The notes under the pieces: model-generated
Told to the model about the DNA's origin: nothing
What the model saw: the letters and a program-made list of their open reading frames with translations, nothing else
Database searches by the model: none
Program-made: the position numbers and the translations under genes
In this document: positions 1 to 8,581 of the stretch, piece after piece
Layout: every line of letters starts with the position of its first letter
Position numbering within the stretch: position 1 is the stretch's first letter
Virus record (IMG/VR): IMGVR_UViG_3300033463_000011
Span: 32,001-96,000 of that record
Strand: one strand, 5' to 3'
DNA length: 64,000 nt
Source: a virus
Taxonomy: Duplodnaviria > Caudoviricetes

Positions 1-2
1 AG

Positions 3-572
3 GAACTCTTAGCTGCTAAGAATATCGCAGAATACTACAATGTAAAGCATATTGAACGAGATATTTCTAGTGTTATGCAAGATGCAAAGAATGTATGCTC
101 GCTTATGGAAGGTTCTTCTATTGAGATGAATGATAAGAGTTATGCGGAGCAAATTGCAGAAAACGGGAAACCTAACACAGAAGTGCCTATGAGAAACGGT
201 CTATTTCTCATGGTTGCTGCATCTATTGCGATGAGTATTTTTCCTAATGAGGAAGTGGCAGTGATTTATGGGGCTCATAGTGATGACGCTGCTGGGTCTG
301 CATATCCTGATTGCTCACCCGAATTTGCAGATAGAATAGATGAAGCAATTCAGATAGGTAGTAGAAACAAAGTTCATCTTGAGCGGCCACTCATAGATAT
401 GACAAAGGCAGAAGTAGTTAAGCTTGGTCTTGAATTAGGTGTTGACTTTAGTAAGACTTGGTCGTGTTATCATGGCAGAGATAGAGCTTGCAAGGTATGC
501 GGAACTTGCCGAGATAGACTTGCAGCATTTAAAGCTAATGGTGTAAAAGACCCTATTGAATACGAGGATTAA
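3..572 (+). CDS. queC: 7-cyano-7-deazaguanine synthase QueC (5' end outside window)
   Basis: Frame open from window start; VPMRNGLFL, YPDCSPEF, TWSCY and CKVCGTC..R Zn motifs. Confidence 0.95.
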   Translation, partial: ELLAAKNIAEYYNVKHIERDISSVMQDAKNVCSLMEGSSIEMNDKSYAEQIAENGKPNTEVPMRNGLFLMVAASIAMSIFPNEEVAVIYGAHSDDAAGSAYPDCSPEFADRIDEAIQIGSRNKVHLERPLIDMTKAEVVKLGLELGVDFSKTWSCYHGRDRACKVCGTCRDRLAAFKANGVKDPIEYED

Positions 573-574
573 CA

Positions 575-1018
575 ATGAAAATAACTGAAGTAGAAACATT
601 CGTAACATTTGAAGCCGCTCATAGATTATATGCAGTAGACACATATACTCAAGAATGCCGAAAGAATCTCCACGGTCATAGTTACGGAGTGAGGGTAGTT
701 GCTAGTAGAAAATCAATGAATTCTGCAGGTATGGTTGTGGACTTTAAATTGCTTAAAGAAGTAGTTCATGATGTAATTGAAGTACCTTATGACCATTCTT
801 GCATTCTTAAAGCAGATGACCCTCTTGCTGAGCCGATTAAGCTTAATTGTGAGAAGGTTCATATTGTAAATGAAAATCCTACTGCAGAATGGATGGCTAA
901 GATATTCTTTGAAATGATTGAAGATGCACTCAAGAAGAAAGACCCTGAACTCTTCTTATCTTCTGTATCCGTTAGAGAAACTGAAAAGAATATTGCTACT
1001 GTAAGGAGAACCGAATGA
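575..1018 (+). CDS. queD: 6-carboxytetrahydropterin synthase QueD
   Basis: FEAAHRL, C..LHGHSY, GMVVDF, DH, PTAE, VRET motifs. Confidence 0.95.
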   Translation: MKITEVETFVTFEAAHRLYAVDTYTQECRKNLHGHSYGVRVVASRKSMNSAGMVVDFKLLKEVVHDVIEVPYDHSCILKADDPLAEPIKLNCEKVHIVNENPTAEWMAKIFFEMIEDALKKKDPELFLSSVSVRETEKNIATVRRTE

Positions 1019-1764
1019 TGAATACTATTCCTATTGTAGAAATATTTGGGCCTACGTTGCAAGGCGAGGGACCTAATGTAGGTGCAAGATGTATCTTTGT
1101 TCGTGTTAAGGGGTGTGATTTCAAATGTGAATGGTGCGATTCTAAATTCACTTGGAATAACAATAGTAGCGAAAAAATAGATTATGAACCTGAAACTCTT
1201 GCACAGTTACTTATTCATAAATGTCTTACTGATAATTGTAAACATATAGTACTTACAGGAGGTAATCCTTGTTTATATGATTTCACTTATGTATTATTCA
1301 AATTAAAAGCATTTGGTGTAAAAGTAGATATAGAGACACAAGGTTCATTAATTCCTGATTGGCTAACTATGATTGATACAATAGTATTTAGTCCTAAAGT
1401 TCCTTCGAGCGGCATGATAGATACCTATGATACTATTACAGAATTTATTAATAATAATGATCAAAGTAATCATACTATTGCTATTAAGATTCCAGTATTT
1501 AATGCAGATGATATAACATTTGCAAGAAACTATGCAAAGTTTGTAAACGAATTTACAAATAAAAGAGATAACAATATCAATCTTAGATTGTATCTTAGCG
1601 TAGGTAATTCAGATGTAAATACTAAAGAATCTATTCGCGATAGAGTTTTATCTGATTATGAAGAATTGCTAAATAGAATTAATCAATTCCCCAGCGATTT
1701 TGAAAATGTTTACATATTGCCTCAAATCCATACGTTAGTCTGGGGCAATAAGCAAGGAGTTTAA
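1015..1764 (+). CDS. queE: 7-carboxy-7-deazaguanine synthase QueE (radical SAM)
   Basis: EIFGPTLQGEG, CDFKCEWCDS (CxxxCxxC), LTGGNP, LPQIH. Confidence 0.95.
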   Translation: MMNTIPIVEIFGPTLQGEGPNVGARCIFVRVKGCDFKCEWCDSKFTWNNNSSEKIDYEPETLAQLLIHKCLTDNCKHIVLTGGNPCLYDFTYVLFKLKAFGVKVDIETQGSLIPDWLTMIDTIVFSPKVPSSGMIDTYDTITEFINNNDQSNHTIAIKIPVFNADDITFARNYAKFVNEFTNKRDNNINLRLYLSVGNSDVNTKESIRDRVLSDYEELLNRINQFPSDFENVYILPQIHTLVWGNKQGV

Positions 1765-1766
1765 TT

Positions 1767-1898
1767 ATGCAATTCTACGGAGGTCAGATTATATGTATGC
1801 AAGGTGAAATGAAAATTGATAATCTTAATTTCATATTAGACCTAATAGATGAATATATTGAACTTCTTGAATCTGTAGAAAATAAGCAAGGAGTATAA
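1767..1898 (+). CDS. 43-aa ORF ending in a copy of the QueE C-terminus (NKQGV)
   Basis: Translated by hand; 14-nt direct repeat AATAAGCAAGGAGT at 1747-1760 and 1881-1894. Confidence 0.5.
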   Translation: MQFYGGQIICMQGEMKIDNLNFILDLIDEYIELLESVENKQGV

Positions 1899-1900
1899 CA

Positions 1901-2029
1901 ATGGGATATAAGAAATTAGATATACCTAAGGTAGAAGAAGCAGTTAAGAATCTTCTTATAGCATTAGGCGAAGATGTAGAAAGAGAAGGATTAAAAGAAA
2001 CTCCACGAAGAGTAGCAAAGTATTGGTAA
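1901..2029 (+). pseudogene. Truncated folE N-terminal fragment (42 aa, divergent allele)
   Basis: MGYKKLDIPKVEEAVKNLLIALGEDVEREGLKETPRRVAKYW* matches the FolE start (LGDDPDREGLKKTPDRV in the intact copy); AAGGAG SD. Confidence 0.85.
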
Positions 2030-2048
2030 ATTATTAAGGAGACATTAT

Positions 2049-2633
2049 ATGAATACTCAAATTGATGCGGAAAAGATAAAGAAACTTACTAGAGAATTTT
2101 TGCTTGCCTTAGGAGATGACCCAGATAGAGAGGGGCTTAAAAAGACCCCTGATAGAGTGTCTAGAATGTGTTTAGAAATCTTCGAAGGTATGAATTATTC
2201 TAATCAGGATATTGCAGATAAGTTTAACACTTGTTTTGAAGATGTTGAAACCGGAGATCTTGTAGTAGAAAGCAATATCCCCATTCACTCATTTTGCGAG
2301 CATCATATTATGCTTATGTACGATATGTCTGTAGCAATTGGGTACTTACCAAAAGGAAAAGTTATTGGCTTAAGTAAGCTTGCTCGTATTGCAGATATGG
2401 TAGGTAAGCGATTGCAGCTACAAGAACGAATTGGATCCGATATTGCCGATATTCTTCAGGAAGTTCTTGGGACTTCGGATATTATTGTTGTAATTGAGGG
2501 AAAACATGGCTGCATGACTGCAAGAGGTATAAAGGCAAGAGAAGCAGTTACTCGAACAGCTACTTTAAGAGGTCGATTTGAATCAGATTCAGATCTTCGT
2601 TCTGAATTTTATGCTTTAATTCATAAACCTTAA
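2049..2633 (+). CDS. folE: GTP cyclohydrolase I
   Basis: REGLKKTP, SFCEHH, GLSKLARI, LQLQER, HGCMTARG. Confidence 0.96.
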   Translation: MNTQIDAEKIKKLTREFLLALGDDPDREGLKKTPDRVSRMCLEIFEGMNYSNQDIADKFNTCFEDVETGDLVVESNIPIHSFCEHHIMLMYDMSVAIGYLPKGKVIGLSKLARIADMVGKRLQLQERIGSDIADILQEVLGTSDIIVVIEGKHGCMTARGIKAREAVTRTATLRGRFESDSDLRSEFYALIHKP

Positions 2634-2649
2634 ATATATCCAATCATAT

Positions 2650-3984
2650 ATGCGAGGTGATGATATGATCCCACTTAACTCTGCTCAAACAGCTGAACTT
2701 GCTGAGTTCTTAGGTCACGATCCATCTATTGATGGAGAATGGTCAATTACTCGTTCGCTTAATAACGGTCCGTGTATATACGCAGTTAATTCAAAGGGTA
2801 CTCTAGTAGTGAGATTAACTTGTATAGACCGTGCAGGTAGGATTCAAAAGCCTAGGTTATCTTCTATACGAGAGTACCCAGATCATTATTTGTTTTGCAA
2901 TTTAAATAATAAAGATATTAGAATGCATCGACTAATGGCCTATGTGTGGTTAGATGATTACGATGAAAATCTAACAGTTAACCATAAAGACGGAAACAAG
3001 CATAATAATGATTACCATAATTTAGAAATGCTGTCAGTCCATGATAACTGCATGCATTATCATCATTCTGATGAAATGTTACAAAAACGTAATCGGGATT
3101 ATGCGTATCATGGAACTCGGATCAAGGGCAGGATTCATATAACTAATGGAGTTGAATCCAAGATGATATACGAATCTGATGGAATTCCAGAAGGATGGTG
3201 GAGAGGTCGTTCAGATAGCGTGAAAAAGAAGTTGTCTGAATCATGCAAAGGGCATTCACCTTCTAATGCAGGTAAGTATTCTATAACTAACGGAATTGCA
3301 GTAAGATATATTTCTCCTGATGAAACTCTCCCTCAAGGATGGTCGAGAGGAGGGATTAACATGTCTGAATCTAAAAAGCAAAATATACGAGATAAAATGA
3401 CTGGAAAGGTGTTTGTTCATAGAGGTAAAGAAAATAAACGTGTATATTCTTATGAATTAGCTTCTTATTTATCCGAAGGTTGGGAATTAGGCATGTATGC
3501 AAAGCAATGGGATAGAACAGATACAGAATATACTGAAGAACGAAGAGAACATATGCGAAAAATAATGACTGGAAGTGGAAACCCTATGTATGGAAAGCAC
3601 TTATCAGAAGAAACAAAAGCTAAGTTGAGTGCTGCAAATAGAAATAGAGTGGTTTCTGCGGAGATAAGAAATAAAATAAGCGAATCTAAAAAAGGATATC
3701 ATCACACAGAAGAAGCTAAACAGAAGATGCGAGATGCTATGAAAGGGCGTGCAGCTAATAACACGGGATATATCTGGATAACTAATGGAAAAGATAATAA
3801 ACAAATTCCTGAAAGTGAATTGAATAAATATCCCGATTATAGGAAAGGCATATCTCGAGAGAAAGTCATACGAGTATTTGTCAACGATGGATATATTAAT
3901 CATAAGATCCCTATTTATGAACTTGATAGCTGGCTATCTCAAGGATATGTTCGAGGGTTATTGAAACATTCGAAAAATTCTTAA
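2650..3984 (+). CDS. HNH homing endonuclease with NUMOD3-type DNA-binding repeats
   Basis: MHRLMA..VNHKDGNKHNN..NLE; GNPMYGKHLSEETKAKLS and HHTEEAKQKM repeats; repeated ITNG motifs; start may be 2665. Confidence 0.85.
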   Translation: MRGDDMIPLNSAQTAELAEFLGHDPSIDGEWSITRSLNNGPCIYAVNSKGTLVVRLTCIDRAGRIQKPRLSSIREYPDHYLFCNLNNKDIRMHRLMAYVWLDDYDENLTVNHKDGNKHNNDYHNLEMLSVHDNCMHYHHSDEMLQKRNRDYAYHGTRIKGRIHITNGVESKMIYESDGIPEGWWRGRSDSVKKKLSESCKGHSPSNAGKYSITNGIAVRYISPDETLPQGWSRGGINMSESKKQNIRDKMTGKVFVHRGKENKRVYSYELASYLSEGWELGMYAKQWDRTDTEYTEERREHMRKIMTGSGNPMYGKHLSEETKAKLSAANRNRVVSAEIRNKISESKKGYHHTEEAKQKMRDAMKGRAANNTGYIWITNGKDNKQIPESELNKYPDYRKGISREKVIRVFVNDGYINHKIPIYELDSWLSQGYVRGLLKHSKNS

Positions 3985-4048
3985 AATTTAAGAAAAGAAA
4001 TAGAAGGAAAAAGTACAAGAATTGCATCTATCTTCAATTAGGTAACAT

Positions 4049-4062
4049 GAATCGTTATAATA
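4049..4062 (+). promoter_or_regulatory. Phage-specific promoter candidate, class GAATCGTTATRRTA
   Basis: One of six intergenic copies (4049, 21318, 25447, 28003, 35513, 49626). Confidence 0.7.
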
Positions 4063-4092
4063 GGTAGAGGAATTTATTTTCTACCTATTTTG
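4059..4092 (+). terminator. Hairpin plus T-run, overlapping the promoter motif
   Basis: AATAGGTAGA-loop-TCTACCTATT then TTGT. Confidence 0.55.
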
Positions 4093-4113
4093 TACTTAAG
4101 GAGACCTCGTTAA

Positions 4114-5592
4114 ATGGATAATATTTTTTACTGCTCAGCACTTGAGTTAGGTAATAAAGTAAACAAAGGAGATATTTCTCCTACAGAAATACTAGACGCA
4201 TATGAAAAGCGTATTGAAAAGATTAATCCTAAAATCAATGCTATCGTATATACGAAGTTTGACGAAGCTAGAGAACGAGCACTTGAGTTAGAAGCTCGAT
4301 TAGCAAAAGGCGAATATTGTGGGCCTTTCGCAGGAGTTCCAGTAGGATTAAAAGATTTCTTACCCAGTAAGAAGGGGTGGATATCTACTCACGGAGGTGT
4401 AGCCAGTTTAACTACTATTGATGAGTATGATTCAGAGATATGCAAAGCAATGGAGAAGTTAGGAGCTATTGTAATTGGCAAAACAAATTCACCTGCTTTT
4501 GGATTTAGAGGAACAACAGATAATAAGTTATACGGACCTACATCTACTCCATTTAACATCGAACATAATTCTGGTGGAAGTTCGGGAGGTAGTGCTTCGG
4601 CAGTAGCTGCAGGTATGATGGCAATTGCTGAAGGAGGCGATGCAGGTGGTTCAATCAGAATTCCTGCTGCTTGGTGCGGATGTTTTGGTCACAAACCTTC
4701 TGCTGGATTAGTTCCTAGTGTATGTAGACCCGATGCCTGGACCGCTACTCATCCTTATTGTTGCGGAGGTCCTATTACTAGAACAATAGACGATGCTGCA
4801 TTAGTATTAGCTTCTATGATAAAGTATGATCCGAGAGATCCGATTAGTGTAATGACTCCGCCTAGTTTGATTCAGAATATCTTAGATACTCATGGGATAG
4901 TTAAGAATAGAAAATATAAAATAGCCTATACTATGAATTTTGGTACACTCTTTCCGTATCCAGAACTTCAGATTGCCGAAGCTATAGAGAAAGTAATTAA
5001 TATTTTAGAAGAAAAAGGCAATACTATAAGTAAAGCTAATTTCAAATTCAATTATTCCCGTAAAGAAATTGAAGAAGCTTGGTTGCGTGGTATCAGTATT
5101 GATTCATCTATTGATAATGCTATTGCAAAAGATAATGGATTTGATTTAATCGGATACCATTCAGATGAATTACCTGAAGCATTCATTAAGTGGGATAAGC
5201 TCGCGTTTGAATCTACGATGATGGATTATAGAAAATTTCATGAAATCAGAACAGATATCTTAGATGCACATCTTAGAGTATTTGAAGATTGTGATATTAT
5301 CATTGCTCCAGTTGCTGGATGCATGCCTCCAAAAAATTCTGATAATTATGATACTCAAGGACCCGACCATATTGGAGACATAGAAGTTGATCCTTTAATC
5401 GGATTTTCATACACCTATCTTGAAAATATGATAGGAACTCCTGCAGCATCAGTACCTATTGGACTATCAAAAGATAATTTACCTATTGGGTTACAAATAA
5501 TTGGTAAACGATATCATGATGACGAAGTATTCGCAATCGCAAGACAGATAGAAATGATGATACCTTGGGATTATACTAAAATTCAGATTTAA
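4114..5592 (+). CDS. Amidase-signature family enzyme (GatA/amidase-like)
   Basis: GPFAGVPVGLKD (catalytic K), GGSSGGS, DAGGSIRIPA (nucleophile S), GHKPS, LPIGLQIIG. Confidence 0.92.
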   Translation: MDNIFYCSALELGNKVNKGDISPTEILDAYEKRIEKINPKINAIVYTKFDEARERALELEARLAKGEYCGPFAGVPVGLKDFLPSKKGWISTHGGVASLTTIDEYDSEICKAMEKLGAIVIGKTNSPAFGFRGTTDNKLYGPTSTPFNIEHNSGGSSGGSASAVAAGMMAIAEGGDAGGSIRIPAAWCGCFGHKPSAGLVPSVCRPDAWTATHPYCCGGPITRTIDDAALVLASMIKYDPRDPISVMTPPSLIQNILDTHGIVKNRKYKIAYTMNFGTLFPYPELQIAEAIEKVINILEEKGNTISKANFKFNYSRKEIEEAWLRGISIDSSIDNAIAKDNGFDLIGYHSDELPEAFIKWDKLAFESTMMDYRKFHEIRTDILDAHLRVFEDCDIIIAPVAGCMPPKNSDNYDTQGPDHIGDIEVDPLIGFSYTYLENMIGTPAASVPIGLSKDNLPIGLQIIGKRYHDDEVFAIARQIEMMIPWDYTKIQI

Positions 5593-5609
5593 GATTGAAG
5601 GAGGCATCT

Positions 5610-6287
5610 ATGGAAGAACACTGGAGACCTGTTAAAGATTACGAAGGTTTGTATGAAGTAAGCGATTCAGGTAACGTTAGAAGCATAGATAGATATGAAA
5701 CATTTGTGAATAAGGAATCTACATATCCAGTAGTAAGATTTCGAAAAGGCACAAATTTACATATAACATATGAAGGAAAATCTCCTCGTGTCCAACTGTC
5801 TAAGTATCATAAACTCAAAAATGTACCTATATGCAACTTAGTTGCAGAAGCATTCATCCCGAATCCAAATGGTTATACATGTGTAAATCATAAAGATGGC
5901 AATAAGTTAAATAACTGTAAAGAAAATTTAGAATGGGCACCATTTTACTCTGTTGGCAAGTTTGAAAAAGAAAGCATAATCTCCGAAGAGTGGAGACCCA
6001 TTCCTGATTATGAAGACCTTTATGAAGTTTCAAATACTGGAAAAGTTAGGAGCATTCCACGAAAAGTAGTAAGAACTCGTAACAGAAATAACAGAAGTTT
6101 TGATGATTTAGCTAAATATAGCGCAAGAGAATTAAAACCGTGTAGGCATAATCAGAAAACTGGATTTGCAGTATACCATCTGCATAGAAGATACAAACCC
6201 GGATTTTATGGTCAAACGGATACATATCACGTCATCGAAGATTTGATTCAACTAGCGTTTCCAGAGTTGCATTCATGGGAGGATTAA
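5610..6287 (+). CDS. NUMOD4-HNH homing endonuclease
   Basis: Two EEWRP..DYE.LYEVS..G.VRS NUMOD4 motifs; VNHKDGNKLNN..NLEW; AGGAGG SD before ATG 5610. Confidence 0.88.
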   Translation: MEEHWRPVKDYEGLYEVSDSGNVRSIDRYETFVNKESTYPVVRFRKGTNLHITYEGKSPRVQLSKYHKLKNVPICNLVAEAFIPNPNGYTCVNHKDGNKLNNCKENLEWAPFYSVGKFEKESIISEEWRPIPDYEDLYEVSNTGKVRSIPRKVVRTRNRNNRSFDDLAKYSARELKPCRHNQKTGFAVYHLHRRYKPGFYGQTDTYHVIEDLIQLAFPELHSWED

Positions 6288-6536
6288 ATGTTGGAAAATA
6301 TCATAATTGCAGTATTAAGCATAACGCTTGGAATAATTATAGCGAATATATTTAATCATGTAGAAATAAGTAACCTCAAAACTCAGCTGTTTAATTCTGA
6401 AGAAGAAAATGACAAACTGATGAAAGAAAACAAAGGGTTAAGAGAACACAACGCCAAACTATATGATCACTTGAAGGAAATACATGAATTACATGATGTT
6501 GCATTAAGCAACATACCTGATTTTGAGGAGTGGTAA
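6288..6536 (+). CDS. Small membrane-anchored coiled-coil protein
   Basis: N-terminal hydrophobic helix then heptad-like segment. Confidence 0.5.
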   Translation: MLENIIIAVLSITLGIIIANIFNHVEISNLKTQLFNSEEENDKLMKENKGLREHNAKLYDHLKEIHELHDVALSNIPDFEEW

Positions 6537-6554
6537 GCAATTTCTTTACTGATC

Positions 6555-6570
6555 AACCTTATTTACATAT
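6555..6570 (+). promoter_or_regulatory. Late-promoter candidate, class AACCTT+AT-rich
   Basis: AACCTT in intergenic gaps before structural genes (6555, 10763, 42275, 45787, 48967, 51374, 56106). Confidence 0.55.
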
Positions 6571-6611
6571 GTAAACAATATAAAAATTACATGTGTAATT
6601 GAGGTGACTGT

Positions 6612-8579
6612 ATGGCTTCTAGCTATCCGAGAAAATATTATTCCACAAGTTATGACGATTTATCTACTATTCCTTTAGTTGAAGGAAATGTAATCGCTAC
6701 ATATGATGCTGATGGCATTTATTATGACATAGGAGTTCCTGCAGGTAGCGGTCAAAATCTTGTAAGACGAAAAGCAAGAGGAATTGAATATATTGCAGCT
6801 GCTGATTTAAGTGCTCATCAAGAACCTGAAACTATTTTTGTTGTGAATACAGGTACAGGTACTGATGCAGATGGCAATACATTTCCTATGTATTCAGGAT
6901 ATATTTGGGATATAACATTACAAGATCATGTTAATATATTTAACAACTCTACAGATTTCCAAGTAAAGTCAGTAAGCAATGCAACTACTCAAGCATATAT
7001 AGTAGGTAGCGTTGCATCTACTACTAATGTTGGTACATTAATTAAAAATCCTAACATATATATCACATCTACCGATAACAAAATTCACGCAGACCTTGAA
7101 GGTACTGCGGATATTGCTTTGCAGTCGAGTCATTCATCAACTTCAGATATTGCAACTAGTGCAACATATGATAATCCAGATAACAATGTAACTCCGCATA
7201 AGATAACAAAATATCTATACGATGTTACTAGCGATGCATCGACTAACTTAGGTTCAACACTTACATTTACGCTAGGCGATGAGAGCGTAAAAACTGTGAG
7301 AGTTAGCGATACAACATATTCGATATTTACTTCTAGTACATCTGGCTTAGTTCCTGATACATCTACAACAGTTCAATCCGACAGCACTGGGGTATTATTA
7401 TCTGGCAGTGGTTGGCTTGCTACATCGTTAATTCCTGCAGGAAAAGACGGTGATGGAAATGTTATCACTGAAACATACTATGCAGATGCGACATTTGATA
7501 CCAACACAAAAGACCTAACATTAACAAAAGGTGATGGATTACACGTTACTGTAGTTCCTATACCTTATACCGATACTGTTTTTGATACCTCAGACCCTGG
7601 ATTAGTTCCTTCAGCACCTAGCAGCGATGCTTCAATAAAATTCCTTAAAGGCGACGCTACTTGGGGTACAATAACAACATATCAAGGGGCGTCAGTTGGA
7701 TCTGCGGGTGTAGCTGGATTAGTTCCTGCAGCAGCTTCTGGAGAAACAAATTATTTTCTTAGAGGTGATGGTGATTGGGGAACGACTTTTGATGCAAGCA
7801 ATGACGGATTAGTGCCTAATACATCCGCTGCAACTGCTGGTGATATATTAAGCACATCCGGTTGGGTACCTCAAAATTCTACAGGATCTAACGATTATAA
7901 TTTAGGAAATACTTCAAACTTATATCTTGTAGGTGCTATATCTCAAGCGGCATCTGCTCAAACATATGCTGACCAAAGAGTATTTGCTAACAGCGGTAAG
8001 TTATATAGCAACAGCATAGAAGTAGTAAATTTATCTGATACACAATCGCTTACTAACAAAACATACAACGGATATACTTTAGGTGCAGCTTGCGAAAAAT
8101 CAGTAACTACCTCTTTAGATTCCTCTTCACCCTCCACTAATTTACCTACAAATGGTGCAGTTAGAGGTTATGTAGCAGATGAAGTAGATTCAAAATTAGA
8201 TGTTTCGATAGTTGCAGACATCTATGATGATACATCCACATCTTACGCAGTAGGCGATTATCGTATGTATGATGATGGTAATGGTTATGCTCTATATCAA
8301 TGTAATACTGCAATATCATCACCTGCTGGTTCTTTTGATGATACAAAGTGGGATTCTAAATTAATCACTGGATTAGATACTTGGTTATCCGGAACATTAA
8401 CTTCTGGCCAAACATCAGTAACACTTTCTAATGCAGCTATCAAAGTAGGATCTATGCTAGAGATTTATACAGATGTATATGGTATAGAACCTACAAATGT
8501 AGCGGTAACTGCAGGTCAGGTAGTGCTTACGTTTGTGGCACAAGGCTATGATATTAATGTCAAAATAAAGGTAATTTAA
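6612..8579 (+). CDS. Tail fibre-like structural protein
   Basis: Ser/Thr/Gly-rich; repeated GLVP and FL(K/R)GD..W fibre motifs; QSLTNKT motif. Confidence 0.7.
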   Translation: MASSYPRKYYSTSYDDLSTIPLVEGNVIATYDADGIYYDIGVPAGSGQNLVRRKARGIEYIAAADLSAHQEPETIFVVNTGTGTDADGNTFPMYSGYIWDITLQDHVNIFNNSTDFQVKSVSNATTQAYIVGSVASTTNVGTLIKNPNIYITSTDNKIHADLEGTADIALQSSHSSTSDIATSATYDNPDNNVTPHKITKYLYDVTSDASTNLGSTLTFTLGDESVKTVRVSDTTYSIFTSSTSGLVPDTSTTVQSDSTGVLLSGSGWLATSLIPAGKDGDGNVITETYYADATFDTNTKDLTLTKGDGLHVTVVPIPYTDTVFDTSDPGLVPSAPSSDASIKFLKGDATWGTITTYQGASVGSAGVAGLVPAAASGETNYFLRGDGDWGTTFDASNDGLVPNTSAATAGDILSTSGWVPQNSTGSNDYNLGNTSNLYLVGAISQAASAQTYADQRVFANSGKLYSNSIEVVNLSDTQSLTNKTYNGYTLGAACEKSVTTSLDSSSPSTNLPTNGAVRGYVADEVDSKLDVSIVADIYDDTSTSYAVGDYRMYDDGNGYALYQCNTAISSPAGSFDDTKWDSKLITGLDTWLSGTLTSGQTSVTLSNAAIKVGSMLEIYTDVYGIEPTNVAVTAGQVVLTFVAQGYDINVKIKVI

Positions 8580-8581
8580 TT

